The notes under the pieces were generated by a model. It was not told where the DNA came from. It made no database searches and saw nothing but the letters and a program-made list of their open reading frames with translations. Made by a program: the position numbers and the translations under genes. 64,000 bases of DNA from positions 6,308 through 70,307 of the forward strand of contig CAVWIP010000017.1 in NCBI GenBank assembly GCA_963755125.1, read 5' to 3'. The DNA comes from an uncultured delta proteobacterium. Lineage in GTDB: Bacteria > Myxococcota_A > Polyangia > Fen-1088. Shown here one piece after another: positions 30,491 to 41,538 of the stretch. Every line of letters begins with the position of its first letter. Position 1 is the stretch's first letter.

Positions 30491-30611
30491 ACCCATTGCA
30501 GCAGACGGGCTTGCCGCAGGGAAACCGGTGTAGAGTTGCACCGTTCCGAGCACGCCTTGGCCTCCCAACCTGTGGTGACCGGGTGGCACCTACGAAACTC
30601 TGGAGCGCAGG

Positions 30612-31760
30612 ATGAACGAAGATGGCAGAATTCGACGACTACGGCCGGAGGCACTGCACTTTTTTGATGCGAATTTCCTCATTCTTCCAGCGGCTGACCT
30701 TCCCACGCTGAAGAATGTTCCACTCCAATCTCGTTGGATCACAGAAACCGTTCTCCAGGAGGTCCTGGAGCGGCTCGGCCCAGGAGCACAGGAGGCAGTC
30801 GACGCGGAATTTCATACACTGGGATTCCATGACCTGTATGCCAAGGACCCCCGAGTGTGCCCCGTGTTTTACTGGTATGTCCTCGCGATGTACAATCCTG
30901 CCACTGTAGGCAGTGATAGTTTCGTCGATGACCTATTCGAGTCGATGCTAATCAAGAACACCGTGACGCAGGCGGATCGCGACCAGTATCAGGAGTTTCG
31001 CCGCCAAATAGCCAATAGTCAATCCCGCAATCCCAATGGCGACCCAGTTCTCCAGGGCCTTGAGCGCATGGCAGCACGAATGCGGAAGAAGGCAAGGCGC
31101 TCATTGCAAGACAAGCATCCGGCATATCTGCGCGACATCAAGAGTCTCGGCCTGATCCTGTACCACGCTCTGTCTTCAAGGCAAAATATCGTCTACCACA
31201 CGTCCGATGGCGACCCGGTGATATTGCTTCTCAAGTGGCTCGATTCGATGGCCACGTGGACGACCCTGACCCACGCTGTGCTTTCCAGGTTGACCGCCTT
31301 GGACAAACAGCTCATCTTGCGAGGTGGTTCAGTCGACGTTGTCCTTGATTTCGCGGAATTCGTCCGCGAGAAGTCTCGGCTATTCTTCGGTTTCCTCAAT
31401 GACCGACACAAGACCAAAGCTTGCCGTTTCACGATCAAGCACTGGAATCAGGCGGAGCGGAAACTCGATGAGGACGTGTATGTGTGGTTCGATGATCGGG
31501 TTGCCGCCGGCCTAGCGAACTCACACGGCACACTATCGTGCCCATGGACCATCAACGCTGAACTCGGCAACTGGCTTCAGATACACTACGATTGGCCTCC
31601 AGATGAGGCGCACCAAGGCCAACTATGCGTGCACGTCAAGCGGAAGCGAATCATTAACCGCACATCGACTTCTATCACGCCTTCGGAACATGACCGGTTG
31701 TGCGCCTATCGGCAGGATGACGTAAACGGCAGGATTCACCACTGGTCGCAGTTCCTTTAG
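30612..31760 (+). CDS. hypothetical protein, low-GC islet (N-terminus weakly PIN-like)
   Basis: 382-aa ORF; LHFFDANFLIL near N-terminus resembles PIN strand-1 motif (weak). Confidence 0.4.
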   Translation: MNEDGRIRRLRPEALHFFDANFLILPAADLPTLKNVPLQSRWITETVLQEVLERLGPGAQEAVDAEFHTLGFHDLYAKDPRVCPVFYWYVLAMYNPATVGSDSFVDDLFESMLIKNTVTQADRDQYQEFRRQIANSQSRNPNGDPVLQGLERMAARMRKKARRSLQDKHPAYLRDIKSLGLILYHALSSRQNIVYHTSDGDPVILLLKWLDSMATWTTLTHAVLSRLTALDKQLILRGGSVDVVLDFAEFVREKSRLFFGFLNDRHKTKACRFTIKHWNQAERKLDEDVYVWFDDRVAAGLANSHGTLSCPWTINAELGNWLQIHYDWPPDEAHQGQLCVHVKRKRIINRTSTSITPSEHDRLCAYRQDDVNGRIHHWSQFL

Positions 31761-32570
31761 GCTGGAGTGATTGGCTTGTGTGCGCGTGATGAGGCCGACC
31801 GCAAGAGAGAAGCGAAGTGGTGGTTCATGCGCCGGCTCCCTGGACAAGTGCTGCCTCGGGACTCCCGGTAGCACGAGTCGTCCATGATCGGCGGCGGAAA
31901 AACACAAGACAGCGAATCCCATATCCAGCAACTCCATGTCCCTGGTGCTGCAGATCTTGATCTCCACCACCCAGACCAACTGCCACCTCGTTTGTCGGGG
32001 ATGGATGACGGCACATGCTCCTCCACGTTCTCTGCCGACAGCACCTGCTGAAGCATCATTTCGCGGCGGGGACAAAGATCAAGCGTGGCATCAGCCACTA
32101 CGATCTTTGTGCTCGACCAATCTGCCGTTCGATCTGACCAGACCCGGCTCTTGATGACCTGAACATGGGTTCTGCTCTTGTAACGCAGCAAGCGACTGGC
32201 TCTTGTACGCGGGGAAGAGAAGATGAATAATTTCCAGCAGATACGGCTACCCCTCCCGCAGATTTCAGGTCTCGCCTTATATAAGATAAGGCGACAGTCG
32301 GAAAGTGCGGGAGCCCTGTAGTCCCCTTCTCCCGCGTACAAAGCCAGACCACCTGGGTCCCGCCCTCTAAGTCCGACAAGAACGGCGGAGAGGGAGGAGG
32401 AATATGATCATGCGATGCCGTCACGGCCAGTTGATCCCAGGAGGGCGATGTTCCTGACCTGACCCCCATGGTCATCCACCTGTTTTCTCTCCGGCTGTTT
32501 CCAGATACACTACCCCAGGATGGGTGATAGAGCATCCAGGGTTCCTGTCTCACGTTCAATCGGAGGCACC

Positions 32571-33734
32571 ATGTTGAAGGGTGTGTATTCTGTGCTTGTG
32601 AAGTTGATCGTGGTGTCCGTGTTGGTATTCACCATCGGTGCAACCGGGTGCAGCGGTGGTAGCGGTGGCAGAGGAACGGATGCCGGCGGCGATGCGACTG
32701 GTGCTGCGACGCTGGAAGGGGTCTTCGTGCCGACGGGCAGCCTGACCGTGGCGAGAGGGAGCCACACGGCGACGTTGCTACAGAATGGAACAGTTCTCAT
32801 CGCCGGCGGAGCCTACGATTTTGAGGGCCTTCCGGAAGGTGAGATGAGCGCGGAGGTATACGACCCAGGGACAGGGACATTCACCGCCACTGGCAGCATG
32901 ACCGTGGCAAGGTGGCAGCATACGGCAACCTTGTTGGGCAATGGGGAGGTGCTAATTGCCGGCGGACTTGGCGCTAGCCCAGATAGCGCGGAGCTGTACG
33001 ACCCGAGCCTCGGCACGTTTACATCCGCGGGCCGGATGACCGTGGCAAGATATGGCCACACGGCGACGTTGATGGGGAACGGGGAGGTTCTGATCAGCGG
33101 TGGACAGTCTGTTGCGGGTGGCAACTACCTCTCTAGCGCGGAGCTATATGATCCGGTGGCTGGGGTATTTACTCTGACGGGGGCGATGACCGTAGAACGG
33201 TATGGTCACACGGCTGCGCGGCTGACCGATGGCAAGGTGCTCATCGCGGGCGGGTACGATAACAGTGGAGCCCCCCTCGCCAGCGCAGAACTATATGGCC
33301 CTAGCACTGGAGCATTTTCAATAACCGACAGCATGATTTCGGCGAGGGCGTACCAAACGGCTACGGTGTTGGGCAATGGGGATGTGCTTATCGCTGGCGG
33401 AACCGATGGAACCGACACCAATTGGAATGCCATCGCGAATGCGGAACTGTACAACCCGGCGGCCGGCACATTTACCACGACAGGCGGTCTAACCGTAGCA
33501 CGGGGCATGCACACAGCGACATCGTTGCTCCTGGGGACGGTACTCATCGCCGGCGGATACGACGGCACCAGTGGACTTGCGAGTGCTGAGCTATATGACC
33601 CAGCGTTCGGGACATTCACGGTTACCGGCAATATGACTGTGGCAAGGACGGAGCACACGGCGACGTTGCTGGGTAACGGGAAGGTTCTCGTCGCAGGCGG
33701 AAGCGGCGATACCAGTGCGGAACTATACGAATAA
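32571..33734 (+). CDS. Kelch-repeat beta-propeller lipoprotein, paralog 2
   Basis: first ~55 aa and 5' UTR near-identical to paralog 1; same repeat motif; same C-terminal AELYE. Confidence 0.65.
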   Translation: MLKGVYSVLVKLIVVSVLVFTIGATGCSGGSGGRGTDAGGDATGAATLEGVFVPTGSLTVARGSHTATLLQNGTVLIAGGAYDFEGLPEGEMSAEVYDPGTGTFTATGSMTVARWQHTATLLGNGEVLIAGGLGASPDSAELYDPSLGTFTSAGRMTVARYGHTATLMGNGEVLISGGQSVAGGNYLSSAELYDPVAGVFTLTGAMTVERYGHTAARLTDGKVLIAGGYDNSGAPLASAELYGPSTGAFSITDSMISARAYQTATVLGNGDVLIAGGTDGTDTNWNAIANAELYNPAAGTFTTTGGLTVARGMHTATSLLLGTVLIAGGYDGTSGLASAELYDPAFGTFTVTGNMTVARTEHTATLLGNGKVLVAGGSGDTSAELYE

Positions 33735-33770
33735 ACCCCGACAGCCAGCGACAGCCGAAGAGTCATAGCC

Positions 33771-33960
33771 CCATTAGGGAGGGACAATCGGGCATTCTTC
33801 GCTTGGTGCTCAGTAAGCTATCGAAACCGGGTCCCCTTTGATTCGCGCACCCACCATCATCCATGCACCGGGGGCTCCGATATGTCGGCGGCTGAAAAAT
33901 TCCGGGGCAAAAATTCAAGCCGGCTATCCAGCTTGAACCTGGAGACACGAACGTCTCCAT
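33771..33960. repeat. conserved 3'-flank element copy B incl. hairpin GGAGAC acgaac GTCTCC
   Basis: aligns with copy A (5' part) and copy C 37241..37400 (3' part). Confidence 0.5.
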
Positions 33961-33971
33961 CTCCCCTTTGA

Positions 33972-34583
33972 TCAGTTTCGCACTCGCTGGCGGGAGACAG
34001 GAATCTCAAGCTGTGCTCGTTCTGCCAGTTCATGCCCCAGCCGACGGCAACGAGACCAGGCTCGCTCGGTTCTGATACCCAGCCGTCTTGCAATGCTCTT
34101 CAACCTGTGACCAGCCATTTTCATGGACAGCAGAGTTTGATCATCCTCAGGCAAGCTGGCAATCCAGGCTTCCAGGTCGATGGCTGATACGATCTTCCTG
34201 ACCGGATTCGCAGCCAGAGATTCCGCCAGCCCCAGCAACCTGCACTCTTCTTTCTCCTGGAGAATTTGATCGAGCCTGAGAACCTCCACCTTGCCCTCGA
34301 TGTAGTTGCGCAAGTCCATCACACAGCCTTTTCGAGCTTTGCCACCAGCGGGAACAATCTGACGGCTCAAATCCTCAGCACGAAGCCGGGCAGCAAGAAC
34401 AAGAATAGCATCATCCGGAATCTCCCCCCTCTCTGCATGCCGACGGTACTGTTGATACACGAGAGCAAGTGCATCTTGGGTTCTGTCTTCCGCCATGTCG
34501 GCATGAAGCCGGCGGGTGATAGGCTTGAACATGCCACTGCGGATTTTCTGGTCAAAGCACGAACGGATTGTCTCGATATTCAT
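33972..34583 (-). CDS. ECF-type sigma-70 family factor (putative)
   Basis: GGAGG RBS; region-2-like DALALVYQQYRRHAERG and C-terminal HTH LKSIARRLGIRTERAWSRCRR. Confidence 0.45.
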   Translation of the reverse strand: MNIETIRSCFDQKIRSGMFKPITRRLHADMAEDRTQDALALVYQQYRRHAERGEIPDDAILVLAARLRAEDLSRQIVPAGGKARKGCVMDLRNYIEGKVEVLRLDQILQEKEECRLLGLAESLAANPVRKIVSAIDLEAWIASLPEDDQTLLSMKMAGHRLKSIARRLGIRTERAWSRCRRLGHELAERAQLEIPVSRQRVRN

Positions 34584-34816
34584 GGTCAGGACCTCCGTAG
34601 GCGTGCACACACGGAGGGCCTTGTGGTCCACGTGGCGCACAGTTGCGCCAGTGGGCGCGTGGGGTAACAGTGTCAGTCAGGCCAACACTGTGGATTACGG
34701 TGCAAATGCACCGTTGAGGGCTGAAGAGCCGCTCCTCACTATACTTATACCCGAATTGCGGGTGGGATTTTCAGGGGGGATTGCTTTGGTCCAACGCCAA
34801 TCCCTCGGCACCAATT

Positions 34817-36931
34817 TCAGGAACCACTGCCCAGGGCAGGGCATATCTGATCAGACGCCGGACAGGTCAGACACGTCAGCGCGAGCAGCGTGCCTGGAGG
34901 CGCCAGCGGCGCAGTGCTCGGTCGCAGAACAGTGATTCTCTGGTTCATAAATGCGTTCGGGCAGCCCGTGGTTCGATCCGCATCGTAGTAGAGGTACCAG
35001 CAAGGCCGAGCGCTGTCCGGGACGTTGGCCAGCAGGGGATTTGTGGGATCCAGCGGGAGTTGGGTAGTGGGATCTATGCACTCGGTGAGAGTTTCTTGCG
35101 AGTAGCCAGTTGTCAGACACCCATTTTGGCCCGGCGTGGTGCACCCGCTGTCGTAGACAACCTGGCATTCAGGCTGCACGCCAGGTGCATTTGGGTTCGT
35201 GTCGATCAACGGGTACTGCACGCAACCTGGACTCAGCGCCTGCGAGATCGCCTCACCAATTTGGGTCATCGCGTCCGTGAAGTCCTGGTTGCAGATGCTG
35301 AAACGCTGTCCGTTGGCGCCGAAGGCACTGACGAACTTGTTATGGCGAAGACCGCCGTAGGCTTTGTAGATGTTGCCGTCAGAGGCCTGCACAGTGGGAT
35401 TCCAGCAAATGGGCATGTAGTCCCAATAGGTGTTCTCTGGGGCCGGGAGCGACGTGGTGTCAACCCCGATCCTGTATTGATCCGTGGTCTGGACATTGGG
35501 CAAGGCAGTGTCCGGGGGCCAGCCGAAGATGCCAGACACGAGGATCTGGGTCTGGGGATTGCCCTTGACACCGTTGACGCTGTCGATGATGTCCCGCACG
35601 TCGATGAGCGGAAGGTAGGTGGAGTCCAGATTGTTCCTATCGAGCTGCTCCTTGTCCGTGCAATCGGAAAATGGGTGCATGAACCCCAAGGCGCCAGTTC
35701 CAGGTCCAACGTTGGGCGTCGGGGCCGGGTTCTGCGGGGTGAAGCCGTTCACGGGGTCGTAGCCAGGGATTGGTTGGCCACCGCAGAGATGGCCCCGAGC
35801 CGCGCATTTCAGGCTGGCGGTTTCCCCAGGGGGCCTGGTCAGGAACATGCCATCGTTATTGTTGCCGTTTTGGGCTACGTCGGCGACTGGAGCAGAGCAA
35901 TCATCCTCGTCGGTGATGAGCACAATGGCCAGGTATGCCTCGGGACGCAAGAAGCCGACGTTCTCCATGTTGATATCGGTGCAGTTATTGCCTTGGGCGT
36001 TGCAATTCACCTGTTGGGGGTTGAGTGCGACTTGAATCGATTGCAACTGGTGCTCGTAACCGCAGCCCGCGATTCCCACGGACTGGGCGAGGCAGGTGAA
36101 GACGTCCGTAAGCTGGCCGGTGTAGTTCTGCGCCCGCCCAACCCCGTTCGCATTCGCAACATCTGAGATCCACCGGGCACCCGAGTTGAGGCCGCACCCG
36201 TTGGGTGTGGGGTAGGTTGAAATTTGACCGGGGGCGGTCGAATATAGCGTATTGCCGGGCGCGACCGAGGCAATCAGGTTGTTGGGATCGTTTCCCCACA
36301 AAAGGCCGCGATCGCCCAGAACCCGTGAGCAGTTACCGCCGATATTGTCCGAGCCAGCCCCCATGTCGCTGCTGATGACGCCGATGTGGACGTCGGGCAA
36401 ACTTACAGCTGTGCCCGAAGGGTCCAAAGGGTCTGGAAGGTTCTGCAGTACCTGGATCATCTTGGGGAAGTTGGCAGCCAGTGCCTGCTGCTTGGGATCC
36501 ATCGAAGGGGAATTGTCGATCATGAACAAGATGTCGACTTCGCGGCTGACCAAGACGGTGAAGGAGGTCAATGGGAAAATATCGACTGCGTTCGTCACGG
36601 CCTCGCTTGCGCTGGTCACGCCACCGGCTGCGCTGGTCACGCCACCGACTGGGCCCGTCGTGCCACCGGCTGCTGGGCCCGTCGTGCCACCGGCTGCTGG
36701 GCTCGTCGTGCCACCGGCTGCTGGGCTCGTCGTGCCACCGGCTGCTGGGCTCGTCGTGCCACCGGCTGGGCCCGTCACGCCTCCGGGGGCTACTGTCGCA
36801 CCCCCAGGATTCGCGCTGGCGTCGTTGGGTAGGCTGGTGCCTGCCAACGGATCGGACATGCATGCGGCCGACAAGCCTGTGAGCAGGAGTGCGGCCAGCG
36901 AGCCTTGACTGCTGCGAGTGTGGTTTCTCAT
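34817..36931 (-). CDS. VWA-domain lipoprotein with N-terminal GGTTSPAA tandem repeats
   Basis: lipobox LLTGLSAAC; MIDAS DxSxS motif LFMIDNSPSM; many Cys. Confidence 0.6.
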   Translation of the reverse strand: MRNHTRSSQGSLAALLLTGLSAACMSDPLAGTSLPNDASANPGGATVAPGGVTGPAGGTTSPAAGGTTSPAAGGTTSPAAGGTTGPAAGGTTGPVGGVTSAAGGVTSASEAVTNAVDIFPLTSFTVLVSREVDILFMIDNSPSMDPKQQALAANFPKMIQVLQNLPDPLDPSGTAVSLPDVHIGVISSDMGAGSDNIGGNCSRVLGDRGLLWGNDPNNLIASVAPGNTLYSTAPGQISTYPTPNGCGLNSGARWISDVANANGVGRAQNYTGQLTDVFTCLAQSVGIAGCGYEHQLQSIQVALNPQQVNCNAQGNNCTDINMENVGFLRPEAYLAIVLITDEDDCSAPVADVAQNGNNNDGMFLTRPPGETASLKCAARGHLCGGQPIPGYDPVNGFTPQNPAPTPNVGPGTGALGFMHPFSDCTDKEQLDRNNLDSTYLPLIDVRDIIDSVNGVKGNPQTQILVSGIFGWPPDTALPNVQTTDQYRIGVDTTSLPAPENTYWDYMPICWNPTVQASDGNIYKAYGGLRHNKFVSAFGANGQRFSICNQDFTDAMTQIGEAISQALSPGCVQYPLIDTNPNAPGVQPECQVVYDSGCTTPGQNGCLTTGYSQETLTECIDPTTQLPLDPTNPLLANVPDSARPCWYLYYDADRTTGCPNAFMNQRITVLRPSTAPLAPPGTLLALTCLTCPASDQICPALGSGS
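36595..36790. repeat. 24-bp in-frame tandem repeat (~7 copies) encoding GGTTSPAA
   Basis: ccggctgctgggctcgtcgtgcca repeated. Confidence 0.6.
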
Positions 36932-37240
36932 GACCTTACCTAGTCCCCGAACACCAATCGACCTTACAAACGACATCAAAGAAACCAGAAACTGACGCCC
37001 AGGCAAAGCTGGGCTTCGATTCGCGGCAAGGCTGCCAGACGGGGGCTGCCCTGGCCATGTCGTCGCGAGTGTTTGGCGCGACCGGCCACAGGAAGGTGCG
37101 CAGCAAGGGCGCAGCTCGGCCCATTACGCCGACTTGCTTCTGCTCCGGTGCGCGAGTGGGAGCCCGGCCAAGGCTCCCCAGGATGGGGCCAGGTCGCTGT
37201 GTTTCTGGTCTAACCGGTTGTGGGAGGCGGAAGGTCCTGC

Positions 37241-37400
37241 GGTGAATAAGCTATGGGAACTGGGTCCCCTTTGATCCGGGTGTCCACCGTCGCACGCACA
37301 CCGGGGGTGGGGTATGTTGGCCGTTGGAAAAATTTTGGGGCAAAAATTCAAGCCAGCCGGGCCAGCTTGAACCCGGAGGCAGGCTCGCCTCCATCATTAG
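37241..37400. repeat. conserved flank element copy C incl. hairpin GGAGGC aggctc GCCTCC
   Basis: stem differs from copy B by paired A>G / T>C substitutions. Confidence 0.5.
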
Positions 37401-37585
37401 ATCAGGTACCGGAAGCCGCGGCCATCTTCAAAGTGAGCGTGGCGACCATGCGCAGATGGGTCAAGACCGGCCACGTTTCGGTCGTGAAACTGGCAAACAC
37501 GGTCCGTGTTGACCTGCCCCGAGTCCACGGCGTCGATGCGGCGGACGTCGCACGGATGGCCAGGGAGGCACGGGCTCGACGCTGA
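37400..37585 (+). pseudogene. truncated excisionase-like HTH gene (paralog of 19369..19690)
   Basis: IFKVSVATMRRWVKTGHVSVVKLANTVRVDL matches xis HTH; N-terminal half replaced by repeat copy C; no ATG upstream. Confidence 0.3.
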
Positions 37586-37699
37586 AGGCTATCGGTAGGC
37601 GATCCTATCCCGTCCCCAATTCACTACCGACAGTGGGCCCCCTTCGTCGAAGATGCCCACTGTCGTCCGTGCACCAAGGGCAAGGTGTGTCCGCGGGCA

Positions 37700-38548
37700 T
37701 CAACTTCGTGAAACTGCCCTCTCCGACCGATCTCCTTTGCCGAGGTTGCATGAGGTGCAAAGAATCTGAAGGTTCTTCTTCTCGGTCCGGCCACCCCGTG
37801 CCACGGGGATGATGTGGTCCACGTGGAGCTTAACTCCCTCCTTGGCACCATGGCCGCAGGCGCAGCACCGGAATCGGTGAGCCTCCAGAATTTCGTAGCG
37901 CAGGCCGAGGGGGACGCTGCGACCCTTGAACACGCGACCGGCGTCTTCGGGGTGCACTTCACGCTTCGGCAGCGATTGGAGGGAGTAGCCCTTGTTGCCC
38001 ATGAAGTGACCCTTCACCAGCGCCACGGTGAGGAAGGATCGCAGGAAGGATTGGGGAGTGGTGTCTACGAGGACGCCCGATTTCCCATCGAACGTGCCCA
38101 ACACCAGACGGTGGTTCTCATCGACCTCCATACCCAACCGTCGGAGCATGCCGCAAAGTTCATCGGCCCGAGTCGCACGGGCAGCTGCGCCAATCTTGCG
38201 GGTGGCGAGTCGCAGGGTCTGGGTCAAGGTGAAGATGGCTCCCTTGTGGCGCAGCAGGGTTAGGTTCACGGAGAAGAGCATGCCTCTTGCGCAGTAGGCA
38301 AATAGCCTCCAGTGGTCGTTCACGTTCAAGTAAAGCTGGAGGGAGATCTCAAGTTGCTGTTCCCTACCGATAGTGAACGTGTACTCCAGTTCGCGGTGAA
38401 GCAACTGCCAGTCTTCGTGGTTGTACTGAAGCCTCGAAGTCGTAAGGATTCCTCGGTGTCCGGCAATCCGGGTCTTGCCGAACTCCAGGTCCAGTGCTGG
38501 CAAGGTATTCTCTACGAGCAAATCTCGAAATCTCAACACGTAGGCTGG
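37700..38548 (-). CDS. HNH-nuclease-domain protein with unknown N-terminal domain
   Basis: C-terminal CCACGH..VDHIIPVARGG..NLQILCTSCN HNH motif; downstream of Detocs-like operon. Confidence 0.5.
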   Translation of the reverse strand, partial: PAYVLRFRDLLVENTLPALDLEFGKTRIAGHRGILTTSRLQYNHEDWQLLHRELEYTFTIGREQQLEISLQLYLNVNDHWRLFAYCARGMLFSVNLTLLRHKGAIFTLTQTLRLATRKIGAAARATRADELCGMLRRLGMEVDENHRLVLGTFDGKSGVLVDTTPQSFLRSFLTVALVKGHFMGNKGYSLQSLPKREVHPEDAGRVFKGRSVPLGLRYEILEAHRFRCCACGHGAKEGVKLHVDHIIPVARGGRTEKKNLQILCTSCNLGKGDRSERAVSRS

Positions 38549-38965
38549 GGCTCTCATCTTCGCACCACCCTTCTGCCAGGTTGCCGTGACGTCTCTGCGA
38601 CTGAACCGGGAACGGGGTTGGCCTGCGCCGCACGTAGGTCCGCCACGATCACCTCGGCATCCCGGCGCTTGAATTCCTTGGGAGAACCCCGAAACTGGCC
38701 CGTCCACGCGATGGGCGAGACCATGTTCTGGAAGAAGCTCAGCCGGTCACGCTGGGTCAGCACCGGCACCCCAAGGCCCTTCACACGGAACCGTACGTAG
38801 AAGTTCTTGGATCTCGCGGGAATCCGGCGATTTCCATTGTCTTCCTGGCGAGGAAAATCGGGCACTTCCGCACTTTTTCGACCAGTAGTGCTAGCCGTCC
38901 CCTGGTCCGGACAAAGTCTTTTGCGGCTGACAGCCCCGTCGTGCAAATCCATTCTTGCGCGGTCT

Positions 38966-41538
38966 CTAGGATTCCCGTCCGAGCTGCCCCGGGCTGGTAC
39001 GGTTCGGTCCTCGTCGGCGCTTCCCTCCTCCATCCTTGGGGCCAGCCAAGTGCTCCAGAGCGAATTCATACAGGAAACGCGCACTCGTGTATGCAGCGTA
39101 CCGTTGATAGTCGTCCCCCTTTGCGGAGTCCCCGAAATCGCAAACTGACTTGACAGACATAGCCGCAGGCCGCGGTTCCCTACAGTGCGCCGCCGCCACG
39201 AAAACGGCGTAGGTCTCCATCTCGACGCCGATGACCTTGCGGTTTCTTCGAACGATGTCCTCCATGACCGTCCTGTCTGCGACGACGGAGGCCCCAGACG
39301 CGATGGGACCGATCTGAGCGCTGAGTTCAAACCGCGGCCGGGTTCCTGGCCATTTCCCAGATATCCCCGCGAGCATCTTCCCATCGAGCCGAAACTGCCC
39401 CAATCTCGCCTTGAGGACTGGATCTAGTGGCAATGGCGAAGGAGATGGAGCGAAGCGACTCCCGCTACCGGCAACAGCTGTAACCTTGCCCGCACCGTAG
39501 TCCCACGACTGGTCGGCAATTAGGATGTCGCCGAAATTGCCCTCCACGCCGGCTGCTATCCCCGCCATCGCCAAGTACCGCGGCCGGAAGCGCTCCACGA
39601 TCTTCATAGCCAGAACAGCCGTAGCGGGCATGCCAACATCGCCCGTAGCAGCTGCGACGACCCGCATCCGCTTACCCGAACGGGTAAAGACTCCACAGTG
39701 GTAGATAGCGCTGTCGCCCTTAAAGCTCTTTTCCTTCCATTTCCCTGGCAGGTTCAACACCGCCTGCAACTCTACGGCCTCCAGAGCGGTCATGATCGCC
39801 ATGTCGACCGGCCCGCTGGGCGCATCACGACCGAAAACCTCATCAACTATGTATACCAACTTCTGTCCAAGTGGAGTTGACCCGATTTGGTGGACGGTTT
39901 CGTTACGCAGCTTTCTTACCAGCTTTCTTCACTGAGTGCATCAGCTCAAATTCGATTGGGCTGTTGTAATTGAGCGCCGAATGACGGCGGCAAGGATTGT
40001 AGAAGCCTTCGATGTACTCGCCAATCGAGAGGTTAGCTGCCTCCCAGCTTTCGAGATCGTCGATGTCTTCCAACTCGCGCTTGAGGGTCGCGAAGAAACT
40101 CTCGGCCACGGCATTATCCCAGCAGTCTCCCTTCCGGCTCATGCTGCATTCTATGCTTCCGGCTTCCAAGGCTTTGCGGTAGTCGTCGCTCGCGTACGTG
40201 CTGCCTCGATCTGAGTGGTGAACCAGGCCGCTGCCGGGCTGGCGTTGGCACAAGGCCATGGCCAGTGCCGCGAGCGCGAGGTGGCGATCGACATTCCGAC
40301 TGGTCGCCCAGCCGACAACCCGCCTGGAAAACAGGTCGAGAATCACCGCGAGGTACAGCCAGCCTTGCTGCGTCCACAGAAACGTGATGTCAGTGACCCA
40401 CGACTGGTTTGGACGAAGCGCGGTGAAGTTGCGCTCCAGCACATTCGGCGCGATGGGGAAGCTGTGCTTCGAGTCGGTGGTCGTGCGAAAACGATGACGA
40501 CAGCGCGCCACCAGCTTGTTTTCGCGCATCAGCCTGGCCACCCGCTTGCAACCCACCCGATCCCCGGAAGCTTTGAGGTCGGCATGAACACGGGGACTGC
40601 CGTATCGTCGCCGGCTCCCGTGATGAATCGCGGCTATCCGCTCGGACAGATCCTGGTCACGGCGTGCGTGCAACGAGGCGGGCCGTCCCTGGCTGGCGTA
40701 GTAGCCACTGGGCGAAACGGCCAAGACACGGCAGAGGACCGCGACGGGGAAGGCCACCTTCTCCTCGGAGATGAACGCAAACCTCACGCGCTCTCCTTGG
40801 CGAAGAAGGTGGCCGCCCTTTTTAAAATCTCACGCTCCATGCGGAGGACTTTCACCTCGCGACGCAGATGCGAAAGTTCTTCCTTCTCGGCGGTCGTCAG
40901 GGCGCCAGCAGGGCCCTTGCCCTCGTCTACCCTCGACTGCCGATCCCACTGGTACACCAGGCTGCTTGCCACCCTGAAGTCCTTTGCTACCTGCGCGACG
41001 CTGCGTCCTGCACGGACGAGCGCCACCAAGTCTGCCTTGAACTCGCGCGTGTGCATGCGCCGGGATCGCTTCTTCTCTTTGTCCAACATGTGGTCACCTT
41101 TCTACGCCCATTTTCCTGAGCGAGGGTGTCCACCAAACCGGGTCAAGTCCAAAGTTTCTCCGCCCAGTCGTTCGAGCTTTCCTCATACTTAACCAGGTGC
41201 CACAGGCTCGCCTCGAAGTCGCCACGGTATTGATCGCGAAGATCATCAAAGGCAGTAAGCCCCACGATGTGCCCTGGTCGGATAGCACCTCCCCGCTTCT
41301 TGAACCGAATCATTACCGTCATCCCGCCGTCCGATCGCGCTGGTTCGCCACGTCGGACTGGCAACTTCAAGTCGATAATGAGGAGATCAAACCGCTGTCG
41401 CGTCATGGCCTGCGTGGCATCATTTGCCGTGGTCGCAACCTCCACGATCAGATTCTCTTCCGCGACGAAAGCATGCAGGGTCTGGATGACAGCGTCCACC
41501 TTCCGCCGGTTGTCATCGGCAATAAGTACTCTAATCAT
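38966..41538 (-). pseudogene. dtcC: dtcC-like REC-PNP effector gene interrupted by IS3 copy 2 (REC 41152..41538 | PNP-like 38966..39871)
   Basis: REC MIRVLIADD..LLIIDLKLP; PNP/MTA-nucleosidase-like MRVVAAATGDVGMPATAV..VIGVEMETYAVF; frames join as ..AEKL|GQKLVYIVDEV.. after removing IS and one TSD. Confidence 0.55.
39872..41151 (-). mobile_element. IS3-family insertion sequence, copy 2 (identical to copy 1)
   Basis: same IRs; 3-bp TSD aag (39869..39871, 41152..41154); contains orfB 39903..40787 and orfA 40784..41089. Confidence 0.85.

Noticed and set aside
34781-36166. 461-aa plus-strand ORF
   Set aside because: Antisense to the VWA lipoprotein gene. No RBS or motif.
36595-36790. regularly spaced 24-bp repeats (CRISPR-like look)
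   Set aside because: No spacers. In-frame coding repeats GGTTSPAA.
38554-39384. 276-aa Arg-rich ORF
   Set aside because: Overlaps the PNP-like fragment out of frame. Composition atypical.
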